A DNA stretch of 64,000 nucleotides. It comes from Eukaryota sp. TZLM1-RC (taxonomy: Eukaryota; Protista; Metamonada: BaSk clade). The stretch lies in assembly GCA_040285825.1 (NCBI GenBank), contig JAUPSS010000009.1, positions 1 to 64,000 of the forward strand, written 5' to 3'. The notes under the pieces are model-generated. The model searched no databases. It was not told the DNA's origin and was given only the letters and a program-made list of their open reading frames with translations. Below are positions 44,645 through 56,784 of the stretch, piece by piece. How positions within the stretch are numbered: the stretch's first letter is position 1; every line of letters starts with the position of its first letter. The position numbers and the translations under genes were made by a program.

Positions 44645-47128
44645 ATGAAGGTTAGATATCTTGATTTAGACTTGTTGACCAGTGCTTCGGCTGAGCGAAA
44701 TACTATCCGGGGGTGGTTCTTCTCTTCTGAACACGCTGAATCCATTTTAAAACTACCTGAAGTTTCTTCGCCTCAAGCTTTGATTGAAGAGGAACCTCTA
44801 CTTGAACTTGAATCCCCTGAATATCAACCACCCTCAACTTTGACCACATCTCCAGTAAGAGCTCCGAGGCGTTCTATTGGTAAGCCCTACATCCCTCCCC
44901 CTCCTCTCAGCACTGCTACCAAACAAGAAGGAAACTTTGTTCCACTTGCTGTCAAGACCCCCCTGCCTGCTCCAAACTGTGTTTGTCAAGGTGCACTCAA
45001 AAACTACAAGAGTCCTTCAAGAGTTTGCGATAGCTGTAAGAACGTTTATCATGAAGTGTGCGTGCGATTCAATTGGAGATCCCTTTCCTCTACTTCTTTT
45101 AAGTTTCACTGCCCCAAGTGTCGGCCAAATTCTTACTACTATGAATATCAAGAACTTTACCTCCCCTCATCTAACTCTGATTCATCTGATATGCAAGTAC
45201 ATGTCCTCTCTGCTGTGCCCTATGGAAGATTCGTTCAAAGAAGGGAGCTTGGCAAGGTGGAACAGGATCACGTTAAAGTTTGTGGTGCTCCCGAATGCTT
45301 CAAGGTAATTAAAGAAGGGAAAAGTGGTTGGAAGGCCACTGTTTCCGTTTTTGTTCCCAGCTCTGACCAATATTTGGATATGTCAAAACCTGACGAGACA
45401 AGTAGAGCTCAAAAAGGGATCACCAAACATGAAGTAGTGAACGTTTTGCTTTGTGATTCTTGTCATGAATCATGGAATAGAGGTGAACTTTGTACTATTT
45501 GTCATTCCATCAATTGTAAATCTCTTGCAACTAATCAAGATTCGAACACTCGAATTCAATGCTCTTTGTGTCTTTTGTTCTCTCATCTTGGATGCATGGT
45601 AAGTCAAGAACACCTTGATTTGAGTGGTGTGGAATCTTTCTATGCTTGCGTTGAATGCAGAGAAGGGTTCAAGGGTGAAATTGATTTAACCAATGTAGGA
45701 TCTTTTTCAAGTAATTTCTTCAATCAAGATGATGATGATTATGACCTAATTGCCAAGCCTTTTGATGATGTAGATGAAGATTTTGTTCAGTCCTATAGGG
45801 CTGTTTCTGTTTCAAAGATTGTTTCTGACTTGCAAACGTCATCTGATCCCAATCAATCAACTTTGATTGATCGGTTGTCAGTTTATTATGTAATTGGTCA
45901 GCGGTTTGCTTCTTTTTCTTCAGAAGAACGAACTCTTTTGCTCTCAAACATTCTGGCCAATTTCTTTTTAAATCCTATTTATATTGATACTTCTGAATTT
46001 AGTGCTTTTATCTCTATTTTAAGCAAGTATTCTTTAATTATAGATCCAATTGTTTTATTTGGTGATTTAGCTAAACTTTATCGTTTGTTTAAAGGTTATT
46101 GGCGTCGCCAACTGCTCAGTAATGTGTCTAATAGATCTTTTTTGGTTACCTTTGCTGAACTCTTTGCTGATTTGGCAGAATCATTACAGTTGGACTCGAC
46201 CCAAACTAGTTTCTCCAAATTATTTAATTCTTTCAAATCTTTGCAAAAGTTTTTAATCTCTCAAGCTTACATGGCCGAAGATCATTCACATATTGTCCGA
46301 GAGTCGGCTGTTTTGGATAATTTAAAATCAAAAAGGTTGGAATCTGAATGCAGGGAAAAGCTATCTAGTGTTGAGGAATCACTCTTAAAAATAAAGCAAG
46401 AACGAGGTGAAATTGAAGAAGAGGTAGTCAAAATTAACTTGAAAATCAAGGAATTACAGGATGAATTGGACTGTCTCAAGCATAAAGAAGACCTTTTGGC
46501 CACAAAAGAATCTCAAATTTCAGACCGAAAAGATCGTGAGTCGGTCATTTATGACGAACAGTTGATTGAAATTATGCAAAATGCTCACAGTGACGATCGC
46601 AAGGCAGAATTTTTGGATTTAAGAAAGTTTTTCTTTTTTGTTTTTGCTGAATTTTGTTCCAGAATTACAATGACCCTTAAACATGCTGAATTATTTTTTA
46701 ATTCCAAAGGCTCATTGGAAAAGCGATCAAAATTAGTGTCATCTCAGTTGAATTTGTCAGAAAACAAGTCACAACCATTTATTGAGGATTGTAAACATTT
46801 TTTGGATTCCATTTACTCCAAAATTTCGATTTTTGAACCTTTGTTGACTAGATTTGACTTTTCTCTTGATGATTCATTACAGGGCCTCGCTGTTGAATTT
46901 AGAAAAGGTTTAGTCAACTCTTTAGTTGCTGATCAGAAAAAGCTTAGGTCAATGTGCGAGGAACTTCAATCAAGGATATCGGAAGTCAAGGCAATTCCTG
47001 CAGGTTCTGATCTACCACCAACAATATTATTTAGAAGGTCACAATTAATTGAAGAATTAAACACACTGGGTAACAAAGGTCAAGAAATCTTTGTAAAATT
47101 AAACGAAATCTTACATTCAAATTCCTAG
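44645..47128 (+). CDS. PHD-finger and coiled-coil protein (probable chromatin factor)
   Basis: CVC...CDSC..YHEVC...FHCPKC and CTIC...IQCSLC...HLGC...YACVEC (two C4HC3 fingers), then a long coiled coil. ATG 44645 preferred over 44534. Confidence 0.75.
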   Translation: MKVRYLDLDLLTSASAERNTIRGWFFSSEHAESILKLPEVSSPQALIEEEPLLELESPEYQPPSTLTTSPVRAPRRSIGKPYIPPPPLSTATKQEGNFVPLAVKTPLPAPNCVCQGALKNYKSPSRVCDSCKNVYHEVCVRFNWRSLSSTSFKFHCPKCRPNSYYYEYQELYLPSSNSDSSDMQVHVLSAVPYGRFVQRRELGKVEQDHVKVCGAPECFKVIKEGKSGWKATVSVFVPSSDQYLDMSKPDETSRAQKGITKHEVVNVLLCDSCHESWNRGELCTICHSINCKSLATNQDSNTRIQCSLCLLFSHLGCMVSQEHLDLSGVESFYACVECREGFKGEIDLTNVGSFSSNFFNQDDDDYDLIAKPFDDVDEDFVQSYRAVSVSKIVSDLQTSSDPNQSTLIDRLSVYYVIGQRFASFSSEERTLLLSNILANFFLNPIYIDTSEFSAFISILSKYSLIIDPIVLFGDLAKLYRLFKGYWRRQLLSNVSNRSFLVTFAELFADLAESLQLDSTQTSFSKLFNSFKSLQKFLISQAYMAEDHSHIVRESAVLDNLKSKRLESECREKLSSVEESLLKIKQERGEIEEEVVKINLKIKELQDELDCLKHKEDLLATKESQISDRKDRESVIYDEQLIEIMQNAHSDDRKAEFLDLRKFFFFVFAEFCSRITMTLKHAELFFNSKGSLEKRSKLVSSQLNLSENKSQPFIEDCKHFLDSIYSKISIFEPLLTRFDFSLDDSLQGLAVEFRKGLVNSLVADQKKLRSMCEELQSRISEVKAIPAGSDLPPTILFRRSQLIEELNTLGNKGQEIFVKLNEILHSNS

Positions 47129-47196
47129 ATTTTAGACAATTTTAAAATATTAATAATTTATCAAAAACAATAAACAATAAATGAATAAATTTAAAT

Positions 47197-48566
47197 CTAT
47201 TCTAGTTCGGCTAATCCATCATAGTAAGTGGTAACAAAAGCTTCACAAGCAAAAAACTTTGGTAAACCATACTCTACTAATATTTGAGCGGTTTCCTTGT
47301 TACGATCCCTAGCTCTGGCCCAAAACTCTCTCGGATCATTACCTGGGAACATGGCTCTATCTTTTTGACTTTGATGAGCAAAGATTGATTCAATTTTTAG
47401 ATCCAAATCGCCTTTGGACAGAGAAACAAACACATCAGCTACATCAACATTCCATTCTTCCCAAGCCCCTCTGTACAACCAAAGAAGAGGTCGTTGAACG
47501 TTTGCTTTGGAGTGCAGTTTGGGAAGAGGTCGAGTGCCAAATTCAAAAGCATTTCGAACAATAAAATCTGGTTTGACTGCAAACAACTTCTTTTTCTCTC
47601 TTTTGTTTGGGGTTGGCGGGCAAGAGAGGTCATGTTCCAAATCAAATCCATGTTCTTCTGGCTCTGTAGCACCCTGTGGCATTGAGGAAAACAAAGAGTG
47701 TAGTTCTAAAGGTGTCTGCTTATCAAACTTCATAAACTCTTCATAGCGTCCAATAGCTTGAACGGTGGCTCTGTAACAGAGTTCATGGGTTCCATGGGGG
47801 TCAGTCATGTCACCAGCAATGAGAATATGTCTGGGTTGAATTTCCATCAAGAGATCGTAAATAATGGAAACATCGGCTTCACCAATAGGAGACTTTTGAA
47901 TCTTACCAGTTTTGTAAAAAGGAAGATCCAGGAACCTACAGTTTTCAGCAGGAACTCCAAGGCAAGTAACAGCAGAAACAGCCTCAGCAGCTCTAATGTT
48001 AGCCTTTAGAGATGATAAAAGCTCTGTACGGTTAATTTCGGGACATTCCGAGGTGATTCCCTTGAGAATTGCAGCAACCTCTCCTAACTTAGTCTTGTCA
48101 GATCCAGTGTTAAGGACATTGGAGAGAGACTCAACAAACATGAGATAGCGGTTGACTTCCTTGTTAAATACGGCGACAGAACCATTAGTTTGGTAGGCAA
48201 CATATACATCGTTACCATTCTCAACAAGCTTGTGAATGGTTGCCCCAGCACAAATGACATCATCATCTAAAATTAGGGCAAGAAGAAGTGCGTACCAGGG
48301 TGAGGAGAAAAGATAAGCACCTTGCTGCGTTTGGGGAGATAAGAGTAAGCGAAGGCTCTACGAAGGAGATCCGTAAAAACATTTTGAGTAAGGACATCAA
48401 AACTTTCATAGTAATTGAGAAGACTATGAAGTCCATGGGCTTCAAAGTCATCTTTCTCCAAAAAAGTAATGGGTTTCTGGAGAGTCTTAGACAACCACAG
48501 AACAGCTTTCTTTGCTAAGAAATCGGTCCATTCAATTTGAGGGTTGGCCTTCCATGGAAGTGACAT
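47197..48566 (-). CDS. PIG-L/LmbE-type deacetylase-like protein matching the C-terminal half of long glucosamine-6-phosphate deaminase, with a 29-nt intron (48295-48267)
   Basis: PW...W...KKAVLWL...KPI, FSPHP|DDDVI (restored by splicing), AYQTNGSVAV, FLDLPFYKTG, AGDMTDPHGTH, WLYRGAWEEW, IFAHQSQKD..FPG.D.REFW.RA..RN. Confidence 0.85.
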
Positions 48567-48834
48567 TTGTGAGCTGGGGGAACAGAAACAGTTTAAATCA
48601 AAATGCATTTACTAAACGGTTTGGTCCAAACCTACATCACAACTCCTGTCACTATTGACCTACAACAACGTTGAAGATGGACTAATATTTTCTTCTACAG
48701 AGATCTTCTGGTCTTGTCATAAAACAGATAAAGTATAGAAATATTTGTTTTATTGAACTGCAACACTTAATAAAATGAAATCAGAACTAATGAGACTAAA
48801 TCTAATGAACCAAGATTTGACCAAGATTAGACTT

Positions 48835-48930
48835 ACAACAATTCCTCAAGTTTATGGTACTCTCTTAACTGATTCTTTTTTTTTGATTCTTTTTTTTGGG
48901 AGAGATGGATTTATAGGTTTTTAATAAAAA
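48835..48930 (+). mobile_element. Internally deleted family-G relic
   Basis: ACAACAATTCCTCAAGTTTATGGTACTCTCTTAAC (matches 25910 region) joined to GGGAGAGATGGATTT...AATAAAA (the family-G 3' end). Confidence 0.7.
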
Positions 48931-49282
48931 ACATCACTTTCACATTTCTTATACTTTTCTGGGTTTTTATTCTTCCTGAATGAAATCCACAACATAATTG
49001 CCCCACTTTGTTGCTTTAAAAATTATATTTAATCCATTGTTGAAGTCAATGAAATCAACAGGCTCAATGGCCCCGTTGATAACCCGACTCACCCCTATGT
49101 ACTTCTAGTTCCTTCTCTCAACCTCACAACTCTCTCTTTCCCTTTATTCTTTGGTTCACTCTTGCATGTTCAATGTTCCCATAACCTCATCTTATTTCTA
49201 TCCCCTTTCTCATTGTGAAAGTCGATCTCTTACCTTAATGTCTCGCACAATCACTTCTCTCGAATTGCAAACGATTTCTCTC

Positions 49283-49420
49283 AATTTAGGGCATTTTGAA
49301 GCATGACGTAAGGTGAACTGTATTGAATTGGGGCAAATACATGTTTCTTTTGATAGTAGTTGGTCAATTGAACATATTCAGTTATTTCATCTTTGTTACA
49401 AAAACTTCATCATCAATGAG
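49283..49420 (-). mobile_element. Degraded family-E retrotransposon fragment
   Basis: Matches the EAFVTKMR...QLLSKEKCIC...TLRHALNC segment of 59130-59255. Confidence 0.65.
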
Positions 49421-49654
49421 AAATAAGAGGTGTTTAAGAAACAACAGTCTCAAACCAAAGTTATGAACCCACTGATCACAGTCTAAAGGCTGTTGGAAAT
49501 GGTGCTGAAGGTGCTGGTATACCTATGAGTCCGATGCAACAACCTGATCTCAATACATTATCACCAGTAGTGAAAGCGAAAGTTGAAGAACAATGTATAG
49601 TTTTGAAGTAACTTAAGAAATCAAGCTTTTGTCTATTTAGGTTGGTTCCTAAGA

Positions 49655-49850
49655 GAAAGGCCAAGAGAGAATGTGGTTAGTGTACTATTAATAGTTAGGA
49701 ACGAGACAATTGTAGGTGTAAGGGAGTGAGAAATGTTGTTTCCGCTGACGTTGAGGGAAGTTAAGGACACAGGACAAGACAGGATGGTAGAGGTACCATG
49801 GTCACGAAGGAAGTTGTGAATGTTGTCCTGTCAAGAGTCATTGTTAGGTT
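49655..49850 (-). pseudogene. Possible LRR gene relic
   Basis: One frame reads SLTSLNVSGNNISHSLTPTIVSFLTINSTLTTFSLG and is bounded by stops. Confidence 0.4.
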
Positions 49851-50156
49851 GAGTGGTTTCTATTTAAAGATTAAAGAAGTGTCAAATTGATCACATTATG
49901 AAAAAAACTTTATACGAACTCAATAAAACAACACGTTCTTGTGATTGAATATGCTACTGTTATCACCGAGAAAACTCCTTCAACTGTGACTTTTTCAAGA
50001 AAGAAAATAGTTGCGGCAGCTTAAATATCACACATTATAGTGTTTAATTATCATTTTGCTCAGGCTTTGTATTTGTATAGATGTAAGAAGTTGTGAATAA
50101 ATCAAATTTTTGTTGTTGACTGTCTGATCTTTTCTCGACTGACATATTCACCCCAA

Positions 50157-52228
50157 TGGCAAATCCAGAGTTGCCACATCGAGGGCGTGTACTCCCCATG
50201 GGAGGTTAACCGTCGTGAGCAACCAATAAACGACAGCAAGACGACAGTTCCAGCAAGTGCTGCTCAGTTCTTCTCTACTGCAGCTCTTGTTTCAATGGAA
50301 AGACAGTTTCGTTATATTCGAACTGTGACTGTGCTTACTGCCCGGTTAGCACGGCTGTTCGTCCTGCAATATCCAGAAATGGCTTTCTGGTTATATCAAC
50401 AACAGTTTTGGTATCAATGTCAAGACTTTGTAATGATACCTCATCCGACTGTGAGACGCCCATTCGAGAATCATATGGAAGTGTACCGCGCACTCTATAA
50501 CGTCTCTTTCCGACCTGACTGGCCGTTTCCTCCTATTGGCTTTCAGAAGGGAACCGACAACTGGTGCCACTCTGACATTAGAAGCTTTCGCGCACTGCAA
50601 ATGGCGAACAGCTTTTGTCAAATACTTACTGATGGCCCTGTCTCCTGGAAGCTGAACTTCTTCCGGACAATGGCTACCTTCTTTGAGTGCCCTTGCCCAA
50701 AGAAGTATGCTTCATTAGTGGTGAACACGACTGCAGCCACTATTCCTGACGCTGTGCGCGCATGGTATGATGAATGTCACCATGATTACATAATGGACCT
50801 ATTTACTCAGCAGGTTGCCGACCCTCGTCGTTTTGACGCTATGTTGATGCTGGACAATGTTGATCTCAATCCAGACGACTTCACCTTCTTATTCACTGCT
50901 GGGCTAAATATTTTATCCTTTCGGGAAAATATTGCATCTGACACCATGCGAAGAAATGCAGTGTCCCCATCCCCCAGCTATTCTCCTGGCTTTATCTCTT
51001 TTAGTCAAAAACTGGAAAAGCATTTTCTGTCTTTTATTGCCAATCACTGTCTGCTGAAAGATCCGTTTGCCTTTTTCAGAAAAAAGAAGTATCTGACTTA
51101 CACAATCAGTTCAGATGCTGTTTCAATCCGCTTCACTTTTTCCTTTGCCCCGAAAAAAAATAAGAATCGCCGGACAGCCAGAGAATTGGCAACCACCATA
51201 GCCAGTGTGGAACTCGATATTCCTGCAAAGAGTCGAAAGTGAAACTCTAGACTTCAACAACAGGTCCGTCCTAGGCAACGTTGAAGAACTGACGACGTCT
51301 ATGACCCTCCGCCAGTTGATCCAATTGAATATTCATTTTGTGCAATTGATCCTAATCACAAAAATTTGTGTGGTTATTCAATTGGATCAAGAATTGGTGA
51401 TAACAATGTTGATCATCAACTTTCTGAATCCAAAGGCAAGGAAGATCATTCACCCACCGGTCCTGACCCATGCATCACCAAATTGCTATTTTGCTAAGAA
51501 TTTACACAAATATCTTAATGAAGAAGCAATGCCTTTGATGTGGGTACCGACACAGGAAGAAATCAGGAATCCTGACTTCCGTCCGAGAACTATACTAGAC
51601 CCACTGCTGATGAATGGAGATCGCCGAGCCCTGCGCCGCAACAAGTTTGATTTTTTTATAAGAAGGCAAAAAAGGAGATTGGGATTAATTGAAAAAATTA
51701 AACTAATGGCTAATGGAAGAGAAACCATAATTTAATTTGGTAGTGGAGGTGATGGGCCATCAAGACAAGCTGTGAAAACCCCAAGGAAGCGCTTTTTGAA
51801 GGAGATTCAGAAACATTTTACATATGTGAAGCCTAATGGAGATGAATTCTACACATCTGCCAAAACGAATTGCTGTAAGGTATTCAATCAAAAGTTGTAT
51901 CACGATGATGGGAGGGTGAACAATGATAAGTTTGTATGCCCTCAATGTCAGACACTCTAGTCGAGGGACATCTCGGCTTCCAGAAACCAACTGGAGATTG
52001 CCATAAATGAACACTACCACAATGAAAGACCTGAGGCGTTCCGGAGACCCCGTAGATAAGTGTTTTTTTTATGTATTGCGTACCTGTACGCGTATTCTGA
52101 TGTTGCTGCTTTAACTATCATTTGATCGTGATATCATATAGTGATAGATCTAAAGTATGCTTAACGTCTATCAAGATTGCATGAATTGGTCAAAAGCCAG
52201 AAGTGCGTTTTGATAGAAATTCACACTA
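50157..52228 (+). mobile_element. Near full-length Fanzor1 element, family B (frameshifted), with right-end omegaRNA region
   Basis: ISSDAVSIRF, FCAIDPNHKNL (RuvC-I, ~51337-51370, in a frame not shown in the ORF track), KFDFFIRRQK, FGSGG...TPRKRF, DEFYTSAKTNCC, CPQC..SRDISASRN...ERPEAFRRPRR*. Confidence 0.85.
52060..52228 (+). ncRNA. Putative Fanzor omegaRNA scaffold, family B
   Basis: ~170 nt between the stop codon and the element end, conserved with 28527-28695. Hairpins GCGTA-CCTG-TACGC and TATCA-TATAG-TGATA, and a TGAATT/AATTCA closing stem. Confidence 0.55.
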
Positions 52229-52229
52229 A

Positions 52230-52450
52230 TGAACCAAGATCCCCTCCACATAATCCTGAGTTTTTTCTCTCACCATTGCTTCTCTTATTCAATGAAAGAA
52301 TTTAGCTAATCTATGAATTATAGCAAATGAATTCGTGACCGCCACAAACAGACATCAAATCTCGTCATTGTTTTTCCTTGAACCAATTCTTGGAAATCAT
52401 TCAAACAAATTCCTGCTTCTACTGATAGTCTTCCGTTCATAGAAAGCAAT
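52230..52450 (-). mobile_element. Degraded family-E-like retrotransposon 3' fragment
   Basis: MNGRLSVEAG..LNDFQELV..KTMTRFDVCLWRSRI matches the C-terminus of 58552-59457. Confidence 0.75.
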
Positions 52451-52609
52451 AAACACAAATGTTCTGTTTCTATCAGCATTAGCTTCTTAGGTATCTTTGT
52501 GCTAGGTGTATGTAGATGAGGGAAGTGTCGATTGAAATTAAACAAAGAAATTACCACAATGACAACTTGAAATTGACATTCATTGATGTAAACAATGCAC
52601 ACTGCTGAA

Positions 52610-52990
52610 CACTGCTGGAGGTCCCACTGAATTAGTCTCACTGAGACTAACTTTGTCCACAATTGTTGTACTCAAAAAATGTCAGAAATACCAAAATCAA
52701 ACAAAATATAAAAACTAACCTAATGTAACTAATCTATAATGTAGCAATGACAATCTACGTCAGTACAGGCAAAAGTTTGAACAAAAGGGGAACCTGAAAA
52801 GTTGTTGTTCATATAATCAACAGCTCAAAATGAAATGTAGAAGACAAAGTAGTAATTTACATGGGATTTAATCAATAACACAGGTCTAAATTTCCCCAAA
52901 AAAGAAAATTTTGCAGAAACCAAAGGAATATTAAAGTCAAAGTAGCCAGGACAAAACTAGTCCCACTGAGACTAACTACGTCCAACAGTG
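52610..52990. mobile_element. Non-autonomous DNA transposon (MITE) with ~45-bp imperfect TIRs, CACTG...CAGTG
   Basis: Left CACTGCTGGAGGT..TTAGTCTCACTGAGACTAACTTTGTCC versus reverse complement of the right end CACTGTTGGACGTAGTTAGTCTCAGTGGGACTAGTTTTGTCC. No clear TSD. Confidence 0.65.
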
Positions 52991-53079
52991 TAGTTTTTGT
53001 TGAAATTCATTAATTGTGGACATAAAAAATAACCTTTTATCAAAAATAAATAATCTACAATAGCCAAATCAATTTAAAA

Positions 53080-56000
53080 TTACCCACTCACGGAAAAATC
53101 AAATCCTTTCAAAGAATGGTCACCACCGGCATAAACTGTAGTAACCCCAACATCCAACGCATTAACCGAATCACCAAATTTCAAAACGTGCATACATTTA
53201 GCAGGATTTCCTCTAATGTCCCAAGCACAAACAGCACCATCAGAACTACCAGAGACAATCTCATTTGCTCCAGCCCTGACAGCAATAGACTTGATGGAAC
53301 CAGAATGTTGGTCTGGGAAAGCAGCAACAGCCTTTCCTGCGCGTACATCCCAAAGTGCGACACAACCGTCACTAGCGCCAGACACCAGTAATGAAGAATC
53401 AATAAATGATAGTACTCGCACTCTACCAGCATGCCCAGAGAGCTTACAGAGGGGAGCATCTCCAGCATTGGGTTGCAAACTAAAAACTTTAATTACCTTG
53501 TCACCGCCACCAGAGGCTAAGAGAGGTTCGGTATATGAAGGCGCAAAGGAAAGTGCAAACTGGGATCTTGTCGCCGAAAACACAGTAACTGGAGAAATCG
53601 AATCAGGCGAGGACAGTAAGGAACCAAAGTCCCAAACTCTAATTGTACGATCCTTTGCAGTGGTAGCAAGGAAATCTTTGCCGGAAAAATCTTCACGTAC
53701 AGAACTGGCTTGGATATCGGTGTGGTGGAGAGCAAAAGTGGAAACAGGTTGAAGTTCAAGATTGGAGAGGTAACTTGAACCAACCGCGACTGAATCATAA
53801 TCAACATCGTGATCAGTAATTGTCCAAAAGGTAGCTTCACCAGTCTTGTGAGTTGATATCAACAACTCAGGATTAAGAGCAGAAGGGACAACGGGAAGGG
53901 TTAGTTCATCAGAGCAATTGAGTAGGTTCATTGATGTAATTCCAGCATTATTTAGAGCTGGAGAAGCAGTGAGAAGTGCTTCTGAAGACACACTTGGGCA
54001 ATAGACAGAAACTTGACCAGATTCACCACCACCAGTATACAAAAGACCTCCTGCTCCCATTGAAGAGATTGCCAACGCACCAATTGGTTCGTTTGGTGAT
54101 GTTTCAAGTGATTTTACTGAACATTTACCCTCTGCCCAATTGACATCTGACCTAGACCAAGATGAAAGTAGTGAAAGGGGGTCATTTACTGAGTTGACTC
54201 CAGTACAACCCAGAGGAGAAAGTGCGTCATTCACCAAATCAATTCCATACTTCAAACAAGCAGCCCCGTGTGCAATGTGGGGAGATTTGAGAATACGCTG
54301 ACCAAACAAAGGATGAGTGTGCATCAATGAAGAAAGATTGGCGTGGAAAGGTTCAGGCAAATGGCCAATTAACCCAGCAATACATCGATCAGGTAAGTGA
54401 AGCAAATGAGGTTTTGCTGTGAGATCTTCCTCTCCTACAATATTTTGAGCTCCATCTGGTAGCATATCAAGAGAGACACCAGAAAGAACAGAAGGTGGAC
54501 GAAGATCGTTCTCATCAATTTCAGATCTTTCAACTGAACCAACAGCAGCTAGGGAATGACCATCAGAAGAATCATGATGAACTTTCTCTTCTTCACCTGC
54601 TTTTTCCTTTTCTTCACTTTCTACAACTTTCTTTTCCTCCTCAGATTCATCTACAGGACATAGATTCATTGGAGTCTCAGGTTCCATAGCTAAAGGAGGG
54701 GAGAGTGGTTCATCACTAATTTCAACAGAAGGTCTTCTGACTTCCATGGACTCTGCTGACAAATGGATATTCAGCCTTTCAGTGTCGGGATCTTCTTGTA
54801 ATTCGTCTACTTCCTGTGGTTCCTCTTCTTTTCTTTTGTTGTTTTCTACTGCTGCTGCTTCTTTTTCTTCGACTTCCTCTACTTGTTGTTCTGTTGAATC
54901 AAAAACATGATGTGATTGAACAATTTGATTGTTTGATTCTTGTTGAGTCTTGAATAATGAACCAACTTCATCCATTATTTCATTTTTCAAAGAAATAAAC
55001 TTATTTTCAAAGGATAATTCAGCCAGAATTTCGTTTTTGAGCTGACTAAGAGACTCATTAATTAATACTTCAAATCTGGAATTTAGCTCTGGAACCACTG
55101 AATTCTCAACAAATTCTTCAATTATTACCTTAACTCTATCAACAACTTCATCAATTGAAAAGTTATGTCTAAGCAAAGGTTTGGTAACCTTTTCACAAGT
55201 TGATTGAGCAATTTCCTTTACCAATTCTTTGACTTCAGACATATTCAACTGAGACTTTACTTGTTCAACTACTTGGTCTTCAACTTCGATTCTAGGAGAC
55301 TCTTGTTCTTCTATTTCCAATCTACCAGAGTATGGTTCTTCACCTCTTGGGGTACATGGAACAGAAGAAACGACTGAACGAGGTGAAAATACATCAGAGT
55401 CAGAAGCCTTAGATAGTGTAAGTACCCAAAGGTCACTGAGAGGCTTGGCTTCAGCAGCAAGACCTCCAAAAACATAAACAAATGATCCCTTTTCGTTACA
55501 CATAAAGCCCAATGAATGAGCATGTCTTGCCCTGGGGAAGTGTGAGGCTAAATGGGAGTGCGGACGTGATCTTGATTGATTGATTGAGGAAAGTGATGAA
55601 GTTTGTAACTGACTCCACGACAGGCAGCCTTCCCCTATGTCCAACATCCAAAGATCAGATAACAACCCAGTACCACCTCGACCTCCATGGATGAGGAGAG
55701 AGCCATTACAAACAGAGGAGGCATGCTCAGTCCTTCTATAAGGTAAGGTTCCAGTAATGTTGAGATACCTCCATTCAGAAGTGGATAGATCAAATTCCCA
55801 AGTATCGTTAAGCCTACCAGTAAGACCATACCCACCAAATACAAATAACCTACTATTGATCGAGTTAAACGAATGACCGTATCTTTTGCTGGGCGTTGTT
55901 CCTGAAGAGTCAATACAGGTCCAAGAACGTGTGGGAAGGTCAAAAATCCAGGTGTCTTGATAAAAGGTGGGGACAATAGACTTTCTATCTGCACCCCCAA

Positions 56001-56692
56001 ACATTATCAGTTTCTCGCCAATGATAGCAACAGCATGACCACACCTGGGGGGAGGAGAAAGGGAGGAAGGGGTGAGTTCCGTCCATCGTTCGTGTACAGT
56101 ATCAAAGAGCCAGACATCAATGGTACATTCATTAGATGATTCACCGCCAATCAAGACAAGTTGGTCACCAATGGTAGAGAGAGAATGGCCTTCGCGAGGA
56201 GAGGGGGCAGGAGTGGAAACGAGGGACTTCCAGCGGAGGTTATTGAGGTCAAGGGTAGCTAAATCACCGAGCAGGGATGTACCCGAGTTACCACCGTGGA
56301 TGTAGAGGTGATTGTTACACATGGCAGTAGCATGGCGATAGCGTTTATCTGGAGCAACAGTACCAACATCACCTTTGGACCATCCACCAAAAGAGGATTT
56401 AGACTGAACATGTGAATGAAGACTTGATGAAGAGTTTCGGTGAACAGACGATAATGTAGGTGTGGAGTATGTAGAACTTGGAGAAACAGGACGACTGAAA
56501 TGAGTTTAATTCTATATAATACCTTCTGGATGTGGAGCGCATAGTTGAAGATAAACGAGATGTGAGATGTGGAGAGACAGGTCTGGTACTAGAGGGAGAA
56601 GTAGGCCGGGATCTGGGCAAAGAACGGAGTTGTTTTTCTCTACTGACCCTTGCTTTAGATCCATGGGCCGAAGGAGGTAAAATAACGACCAT
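53080..56692 (-). CDS. Kelch-repeat + acidic linker + WD40-repeat protein, with a 28-nt intron (56522-56495)
   Basis: Six PxxRxGH...GG...D.W Kelch blades and C-terminal GH...WD repeats. Exon 1 MVVILPP...STSR splices in frame onto the 1080-aa ORF. Confidence 0.85.
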
Positions 56693-56784
56693 TTTGTATT
56701 GAAGACTGACCAAAGATGGGTATTGGAGGATTCAAAAACCGGGTGTTTAATCAAGAAATGCAAATTCATTTTTGGTTTTCGTTT

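Noticed and set aside
53116-56305. Short antisense or alternate-frame ORFs over the long genes (also within TAF1, the kinase and the TIG gene)
   Set aside because: These are shadow ORFs of real coding sequence.
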